Part shown: positions 58,249-64,000 of the stretch, in pieces
How positions within the stretch are numbered: position 1 is the first letter of the stretch
Layout: every line of letters starts with the position of its first letter
NCBI GenBank assembly: GCA_965263035.1
Contig: OZ253580.1
Coordinates: 224,001 to 288,000, forward strand
Reading direction: 5' to 3'
Source: Acidobacteriota bacterium
Lineage (GTDB): Bacteria; Acidobacteriota; UBA6911; RPQK01; JAJDTT01
Length of the DNA stretch: 64,000 nt
The notes under the pieces: model-generated
Told to the model about the DNA's origin: nothing
Databases searched by the model: none
What the model saw: the letters and a program-made list of their open reading frames with translations, nothing else
Made by a program: the position numbers and the translations under genes

Positions 58249-60027
58249 TCAGAACCCACGCGCCTCACCCCAGAGGCGAGGGTCGGCCACACCTTCCCGC
58301 AGGCCGCTGACAGGGTCCACCCGGATGCAGTGGGCATCGCCGATCCGACCGCGATAGACCACCTCGTGTCCCAAGGACTCCAATTCGGCCTCGACCTGAC
58401 GGGACAGGGCTCCAGTCTCGGCGACGATCCGGTCGGGCATCCACTGGTGATGGATTCTGGGAGCATCGACCGCCTCATACAGATCCATTCCCTCGTCCAA
58501 CACGTTGAGAATGATCTGCAGAACCGTGTTGATGATGGCGGGTCCGCCGGGACTCCCCAGAACCAGAAGAACCTTGCCGTCCTGCTTGACGAGGGTGGGC
58601 GTCATGGCGCTCAGCGGGCGCTTTCCGGGAGCGATGGCGTTGGCCTCGCCCTGGATCAGCCCGAACATGTTGGGGACTCCCACTCGGGACGTGAAATCGT
58701 CCATTTCGTTGTTCAACAGGAACCCGGCCCCCTCGACGGTGACACCGGAGCCGAAATTGCCGTTGATGGTGGTGGTGATGGCCACCGCGCTTCCCTCGGG
58801 ATCCACCACCGAGAGATGCGTGGTCTGGGGCGACTCCTCTGCCAGTGGGACCGCGGCAACCCGCCTGCTTTCGGTGGCGGACGCTTCGTCCAGATCCTCC
58901 AACCGGTCCCGGGCATGTTCCGTGGACAGGAGCCGATCGACGGGAACCTCGGTGAAATCAGCGTCGCCCATGTAGGCGGCGCGGTCGGCGAAGGCCCGGC
59001 GCATGCATTCCGCCAGCAGATGGAGCCGCGGAGTGGTCTCCTGCCGGCGTCCCGCCAACTCCAACATGTTCAGCATTTCCATGAGAATCACGCCCCCGGA
59101 GCTGGGAGGCCCCATGGACACGACTTCATAGCCCCGGTAATGCCCCCGGACCGGAGGCCGGATCCGGGCGACGTAACCGGCCAGGTCTTCCCGGGTCATG
59201 ATCCCGCCGTGAGCCTGCATGTCCCGTTCGATCAGCTCCGCGATCTCGCCCCGGTAGAAGGCCTCGGCGCCGTCCCGGGCGATGGCCACCAGCGTGCGCG
59301 CCAAGTCGGGCTGGGTGAAGGTCTGGCCCGGCGCAGGGGTACTTCCGCCCGGCAGAAAGATGCGGCGGCTCTCATCGAAACGCTCCAGTAGGGGACCGGC
59401 CGCTTCCAGGGATCGGCTGAAGTGTTCCTCCACCACGAAACCGTTCCGGGCCAGATCGATGGCCGGCTCCAGCAACCGGCTCCAGGGAAGCGTCCCGAAA
59501 CGGCTCCAGGCCAAGTGAAGCCCGGCCACGGACCCCGGAACTCCCGACGCCAGGTATCCCACGGTGGACAACTCCGGAACCACATCTCCCGCAGCATTCA
59601 GGTACATGTCGCGACCGGCGGCGGCGGGCGCCATCTCGCGATATTCCACGCTGATCTCCCTGCCGGTTCCGGCGTCGTGGTGGAGGAGGAATCCCCCGCC
59701 TCCCACGTTGCCGGCGATGGGATGCGCCACGGCAAGTGCGAAACTCACCGTGACGGCGGCGTCGATGGCGTTGCCGCCCTCTCGCAGGATGTCGACGCCC
59801 GCCTGGCTCGCCAGCGGGTTGGCACTGACCACCATCCCCCGGGAAGCGATGGCGACGCCCGGAGCGGTCTCCTCCGGACGGCAGGAGACGATCCCGAAGG
59901 CCACGAGGAGCAGCAGACCCCAGATTGGCAGCCTGCCCTCTCGGGATGCCTTTGGCTGACCCGCCTTACGGGCCGAACGATGGACGGAATCCAGCAGGCG
60001 ATCCAAGTAAATCAAGACGGTCTCCAA
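58249..60027 (-). CDS. ggt: Gamma-glutamyltransferase (probable lipoprotein)
   Basis: GGNAIDAA, GVPG.VAG, PPSSGG, Q-TTH autoprocessing site, LNNEMDDF, PLSAMTP and GSPGG. Lipobox IVSC. Exact start uncertain. Confidence 0.93.
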   Translation of the reverse strand: METVLIYLDRLLDSVHRSARKAGQPKASREGRLPIWGLLLLVAFGIVSCRPEETAPGVAIASRGMVVSANPLASQAGVDILREGGNAIDAAVTVSFALAVAHPIAGNVGGGGFLLHHDAGTGREISVEYREMAPAAAGRDMYLNAAGDVVPELSTVGYLASGVPGSVAGLHLAWSRFGTLPWSRLLEPAIDLARNGFVVEEHFSRSLEAAGPLLERFDESRRIFLPGGSTPAPGQTFTQPDLARTLVAIARDGAEAFYRGEIAELIERDMQAHGGIMTREDLAGYVARIRPPVRGHYRGYEVVSMGPPSSGGVILMEMLNMLELAGRRQETTPRLHLLAECMRRAFADRAAYMGDADFTEVPVDRLLSTEHARDRLEDLDEASATESRRVAAVPLAEESPQTTHLSVVDPEGSAVAITTTINGNFGSGVTVEGAGFLLNNEMDDFTSRVGVPNMFGLIQGEANAIAPGKRPLSAMTPTLVKQDGKVLLVLGSPGGPAIINTVLQIILNVLDEGMDLYEAVDAPRIHHQWMPDRIVAETGALSRQVEAELESLGHEVVYRGRIGDAHCIRVDPVSGLREGVADPRLWGEARGF

Positions 60028-60052
60028 TGGGTGGCAAGCGTGAGTTCGGGCG

Positions 60053-60892
60053 TCAGGAGCCCTTGGTCTGTGCGGAAGAAAGTTCCAGGTTCACCACCTG
60101 ATTCAGGGAGCCGGATCGAAAACTCTGCAGATCCAGAGTGACATACCTATAACCGAGGGAGCGGAGCTTCCGGTTGACGTCGTCGAAGAGATCCGGATCC
60201 ATCAGCTTCTGGCGCTCCGCCCGATCGACCTCGATCCGGGCCAGTTCCTCGTGGTGACGCACCCGGAAACTGATCACCCCCAGGCTCCGGATGTACGCCT
60301 CGGCCGCGTCGACCTGCTGCAGCTTCTCCTCGGTGATGGCGACACCGTAGGGAAAGCGGGAGGAGAGACAGGGCATGGCCGGAAGGTCCCAGGTGGGGAG
60401 ACCCCACTTGAGAGACAGGGACCGGATCTCATCCTTGCTCAGCTTCACGTCGATGAAGGGACTCAGGACGCCCTGCTCTCGAGAGGCGCGCCGGCCCGGC
60501 CGGTAGTCGCCGATGTCGTCCAGGTTTGAACCGTCCAGAATCGCTTCCGCATTCCATTCCTGAAGCAGTTGCTTCAGGTGAACGTAGAGTTCGTCCTTGC
60601 AGAAGTAGCATCGATTCGTGGGATTCCGGACGTAGTCGGGATTGTCCATCTCCCGGGTCTCGATCAGCGTGTGATTCAACTGGTAGCGCCGGGCGAAGTC
60701 CAGAGCCAAACGGCGCTGGTACCCGGAAACGGAGGGCGAAAGGGCCGTGACGGCCCGCGATTCGTCTCCCAACACCCGCTGGGCGCAGAAGGCCAGGTAA
60801 CTGCTGTCGACGCCGCCGCTGAAAGCCACGACGACCCGGTGATACCGCTCCAAGTATTGAAAGAGGTTTTTTTCTTTCGCTTCGAGATCCAC
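60053..60892 (-). CDS. larE: LarE-like ATP-dependent sulfur transferase (PP-loop)
   Basis: AFSGGVDS, RCYFCK, DYRPG.RA, CLSSRFPYG, RVRHH..ARIE and FRSGS.N. GTG start 7 nt after TGATAGAAT. Confidence 0.88.
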   Translation of the reverse strand: MDLEAKEKNLFQYLERYHRVVVAFSGGVDSSYLAFCAQRVLGDESRAVTALSPSVSGYQRRLALDFARRYQLNHTLIETREMDNPDYVRNPTNRCYFCKDELYVHLKQLLQEWNAEAILDGSNLDDIGDYRPGRRASREQGVLSPFIDVKLSKDEIRSLSLKWGLPTWDLPAMPCLSSRFPYGVAITEEKLQQVDAAEAYIRSLGVISFRVRHHEELARIEVDRAERQKLMDPDLFDDVNRKLRSLGYRYVTLDLQSFRSGSLNQVVNLELSSAQTKGS

Positions 60893-61137
60893 TGCCGCGA
60901 TTCTATCATTCGGAGGAATTATCAGGAACGGCGGACGATGAGTACGGATCTCTTGCCACGGCAGGGACCCGGCAAAGTCAGGGAAGATACTGCCTATTTG
61001 GACCGACTGCCTCGGGCGTCCCCGACAAGATCGCCTCCCGTACTCTTTCCTCTTTCCTCGTTCCTCCCCGGTCGGAAAACTCCCCATATGTTAGTATGGA
61101 ATCAATCCAATCGGCGCCCTCGAGCCTGGGAGAAACC

Positions 61138-62169
61138 ATGAAAATAACGCCGAGACTTCTGTTGCTGGCTACCCTCCTCGTCCCCTCCGGACTGGCCCAA
61201 ACGGCGGCCTTGGCCTCAAGCCAGGCGGCGGACCGCGATTCCCGGAAGATCGAGGAGGAAAGGGATCGGCCCCAGGGCCGGGCCGCCCTGACCGTAAAGG
61301 TCAATCAAGTCCGATTGGACGCCACCGTGCGCGACCGCAAAGGCAACCTGATCCAAGGGCTCCAGCAAGAGCACTTCGACGTCTATGAAAACAAGGTGAA
61401 GCAGAAGCTCACTCACTTCAGCCCCATCGAAGCTCCCATCACGGCCGTCCTCGTGACCGAATACAGCGCCGTCCTGCCCTGGGAGATGCTCTACGAAGCC
61501 TGGCTCGGGTCCCGAATCTTCGCGGAGAACATGCGCAAGGAAGACTGGATCGCCGTGGTCGCCTACGACCTGAAGCCGGAAATCCTGGTGGACTTCACCC
61601 AGGACAAATTCGAGGTGTTTCAAGCCCTTAAGCGCCTGAACTATCCCGGCTTTCGTGAGAGCAACCTCTACGACACCATTTTCGACGTCCTGGATCGAGT
61701 CGAAGAGACGGAGGGCAAGACCGCCGTCGTGCTCATCTCGACCGGCTTGGACACCTTCAGTCGAATAAACATGGGAGAGGCCCTGGACAAGGTCAAGAGA
61801 ACCAACGCGGTGATCTATCCCGTCAGCATCGGCCAGAACCTGAGGCTCCGGTACGAACAACACTTCTCGAGCTCGACGAGGATGGACTTCTACCAAGCCG
61901 ACGTGGTCTTGAAGGAGATGGCCAAGTACACCGGAGGAGAAGCGTTCTTCCCCCGCTTCACGACCCAGTTTCGAAACATCTTTCTGACCATCTCCAATCT
62001 TCTCCGGAACCAGTACTCGTTGGGCTATATCTCGACCAACACCAAGAAGGACGGGAAGCTGCGCCGGATCAAGGTGGAAGTGAAGGTGGACGTCGACGGG
62101 GACGGCAAGATCGACAAGCTCAAGGTCGCCCACCGGAGAGGTTACCTGGCCGAAGAGAAAGAGAAGTAA
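61138..62169 (+). CDS. Acidobacterial VWA-domain protein with degenerate MIDAS
   Basis: V.V..V.LD.TVRD, NLYD, ISTGLDT and LRNQYSLGY. SD GGAG. Confidence 0.85.
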   Translation: MKITPRLLLLATLLVPSGLAQTAALASSQAADRDSRKIEEERDRPQGRAALTVKVNQVRLDATVRDRKGNLIQGLQQEHFDVYENKVKQKLTHFSPIEAPITAVLVTEYSAVLPWEMLYEAWLGSRIFAENMRKEDWIAVVAYDLKPEILVDFTQDKFEVFQALKRLNYPGFRESNLYDTIFDVLDRVEETEGKTAVVLISTGLDTFSRINMGEALDKVKRTNAVIYPVSIGQNLRLRYEQHFSSSTRMDFYQADVVLKEMAKYTGGEAFFPRFTTQFRNIFLTISNLLRNQYSLGYISTNTKKDGKLRRIKVEVKVDVDGDGKIDKLKVAHRRGYLAEEKEK

Positions 62170-62217
62170 GCGCCCCCGGAGCGACCGCATCGCGCTGCTC
62201 CGACCTGTCTTCCCTCC

Positions 62218-63354
62218 TCACTTCTCGCTCCTCATTCCTCGCTTTTCCTCTTGCCTGACTCCCTCACCGTGTACCGGAATGCTCAACTGCTCCACCACGT
62301 TCAGCTTGAACCCCTCCAGACCGACGATCTTCTTGGGATGGTTGGTGAGCACCCGGATGTTGCGTAGACCCAGATCGGCCAGAATCTGGGCTCCGACGCC
62401 ATAGTCCCGGAAATTGGCGGGATACTGGATCTCCCCGGTGATCTCCCGCAACAGCCGGTCCTCCTTGTCCGTGTACCGTAGGTAGACCAGGACTCCCCGA
62501 CCCTCGTTCTGGATCATTTCCAGCGCCTTCCGGAGCTCGCGTCCCGAGTCATGCTTCAATCCGGAGAAGACGTCTCCCAGAAGCAGGGCGGAGTGGACTC
62601 GAACCAGGATCGGTTCATCGGTGTTCACTCTCCCCTTGGTCAGGACCAGGTGACGGTTCCCGTCCAGCTCATTCTCATACAGGAGCAGTTGGAACTTGCC
62701 CTGCTCGCCTTCGAAGGGAGTCTCCTGGATGCGTTTGACGAACCGCTCGGTCCGGAGCCTGAACTTCATCAGGTCGACGACCGATACGATCTTGATGCCG
62801 TGCCTCGCGGCGAAACGCTGGAGGTCGGGCAGCCGCGCCATGGTGCCGTCCTCGTTCATGATCTCGCAGATGACGCCGGCCGGGTCGAGGCCGGCGATCC
62901 GGGCCAGGTCCACGGCCGCTTCGGTCTGGCCCGCCCGTTCCAGAACTCCTCCGGGCCGGGCCCGCAGCGGGAAGACGTGCCCCGGCCGGATCAAGTCTTC
63001 CGGCCGGGTGTGGGGGTCGATGGCGGTCAGGATGGTGGTGGCCCGGTCCGCGGCCGAGATTCCGGTGGAAACATTCCGTCGGCCCTCGATGCTGACGCAG
63101 AATGCGGTCTCGTACATGGACTCGTTCCTGGAGACCATGAGGGGAATCTCCAGACGATCCAGCCGTTCGGGCGTCATGGACATGCAGATCAGGCCGCGTC
63201 CGTGGGTGGCCATGAAATTGATGCTCTCCGGCGTCACCCGCTCGGCCGCCATGGTCAAGTCACCTTCGTTCTCGCGGTCCTCCTCGTCCACCACGATGAT
63301 CATCTTGCCGTCGCAGATGTCCTCGATGGCGCTCTCGATGGAATCCAGGCTCAT
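62218..63354 (-). CDS. ribB: DHBP synthase fused to a degenerate GTP cyclohydrolase II-like domain (RibBX)
   Basis: DEEDRENEGD, GLIC, RPGHVFPL, GQTEA and CEIM motifs. The C-domain reads RVHSALLLGD, without the Zn-binding Cys residues. Confidence 0.92.
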   Translation of the reverse strand: MSLDSIESAIEDICDGKMIIVVDEEDRENEGDLTMAAERVTPESINFMATHGRGLICMSMTPERLDRLEIPLMVSRNESMYETAFCVSIEGRRNVSTGISAADRATTILTAIDPHTRPEDLIRPGHVFPLRARPGGVLERAGQTEAAVDLARIAGLDPAGVICEIMNEDGTMARLPDLQRFAARHGIKIVSVVDLMKFRLRTERFVKRIQETPFEGEQGKFQLLLYENELDGNRHLVLTKGRVNTDEPILVRVHSALLLGDVFSGLKHDSGRELRKALEMIQNEGRGVLVYLRYTDKEDRLLREITGEIQYPANFRDYGVGAQILADLGLRNIRVLTNHPKKIVGLEGFKLNVVEQLSIPVHGEGVRQEEKRGMRSEK

Positions 63355-63381
63355 GTCTGAAGATAACTCCTATTATTCCCC

Positions 63382-64000
63382 CTACTTCACCGGTGGGAGC
63401 CGGCGAAGCCAACGCAGCGCAACCTGGGACCGGGTCTGGAAACTGGTCAGGGCGAGACGATATCTGCGTTCCGTGTATTCCAGGAGGATGGGATTGTCCG
63501 GGTCCTTCAACAACACCCATTCGGCGCCTCGATCATCCTCTGCCCGGATGACGGGCACCTCGTACGGGCGTCGATTCAAACTGAGCCGGAATCGATCTTC
63601 CTCCAACAATTCAAGCTTACGGGGAAAGCGGTTCATCTTGATCCGGGTCCTGCCTGTGGTCACGAGCTCACCATAGGTCTTCCGGGAGACCCAGACCGTC
63701 ATGACCTTCTTGGACTCCATCTCCACACCGGGTTCGAAGAGGCCGAAGAGACTGAAGCTGGTCCCCTTGAGCACGGAGTTGCGAAAGAGATGGAGAGTCC
63801 CCTGATTGGCGTAGGACTCCCACTCCAGGACCACGTCGGGACCGTAACGCGCCACCCGCAGGATCCACTCCCGTTCCACGGGACCCGAGTAGCTCTTGTA
63901 GATGAGAACCGAGTTGGGACCCACCTCGATGGGTCCGGCCCCTTCCGCCTTCGAGCTAGCCGGAAAAATCAGCAGGCTGCCCAGTATGGTGACGAATGTG
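63382..64000 (-). CDS. Hypothetical exported protein, 5' end beyond the window
   Basis: The frame stays open from 63924 to the window edge, giving a signal-like TFVTILGSLLIFPASSKA. It stops just upstream of the ribB SD. Confidence 0.65.
   Translation of the reverse strand, partial: TFVTILGSLLIFPASSKAEGAGPIEVGPNSVLIYKSYSGPVEREWILRVARYGPDVVLEWESYANQGTLHLFRNSVLKGTSFSLFGLFEPGVEMESKKVMTVWVSRKTYGELVTTGRTRIKMNRFPRKLELLEEDRFRLSLNRRPYEVPVIRAEDDRGAEWVLLKDPDNPILLEYTERRYRLALTSFQTRSQVALRWLRRLPPVK

Noticed and set aside
1-64000. tRNA, rRNA, riboswitch, integrase or transposase genes
   Set aside because: No cloverleaf, rRNA-like segment, recognisable riboswitch consensus or recombinase motif was seen by eye. 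A covariance-model search was not possible.

Overview
GC-rich bacterial chromosomal window, most likely Acidobacteriota (inferred from the CRTAC1/TPR/carboxypeptidase-domain TonB-receptor module, three VWA proteins and the DUF1549/DUF1553 + DUF1501 pair). The left ~39 kb is accessory: TonB-type receptors, exported hydrolase-like proteins, a Phd/RelE toxin-antitoxin pair, a PhyH dioxygenase, a Spondin_N protein, a secreted TldD/TldE-like pair and ABC transporters. The right part is housekeeping (purA, trxA, rsmA, rnj, ftsK, ilvE, alaS, SLT, amidase, glycerate kinase, ggt, larE, ribB). I saw no rRNA, tRNA, CRISPR or transposase. Three intergenic repeat families are present: a 160-bp MITE-like element in 5 copies with compensatory base changes, a ~290-bp TIR element in 3 copies, and REP-like palindromes. 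Best candidate system: a Cys-rich exported leader ORF (36767-37165) ending in DPPPR. Its Asp-Pro-Pro codons (GATCCTCCT) are the exact 9-nt complement of the Shine-Dalgarno (AGGAGGATC) of the downstream OprC-like TonB receptor, suggesting a metal-sensing ribosome-stalling translational switch. All family assignments come from motif recognition, not database searches.
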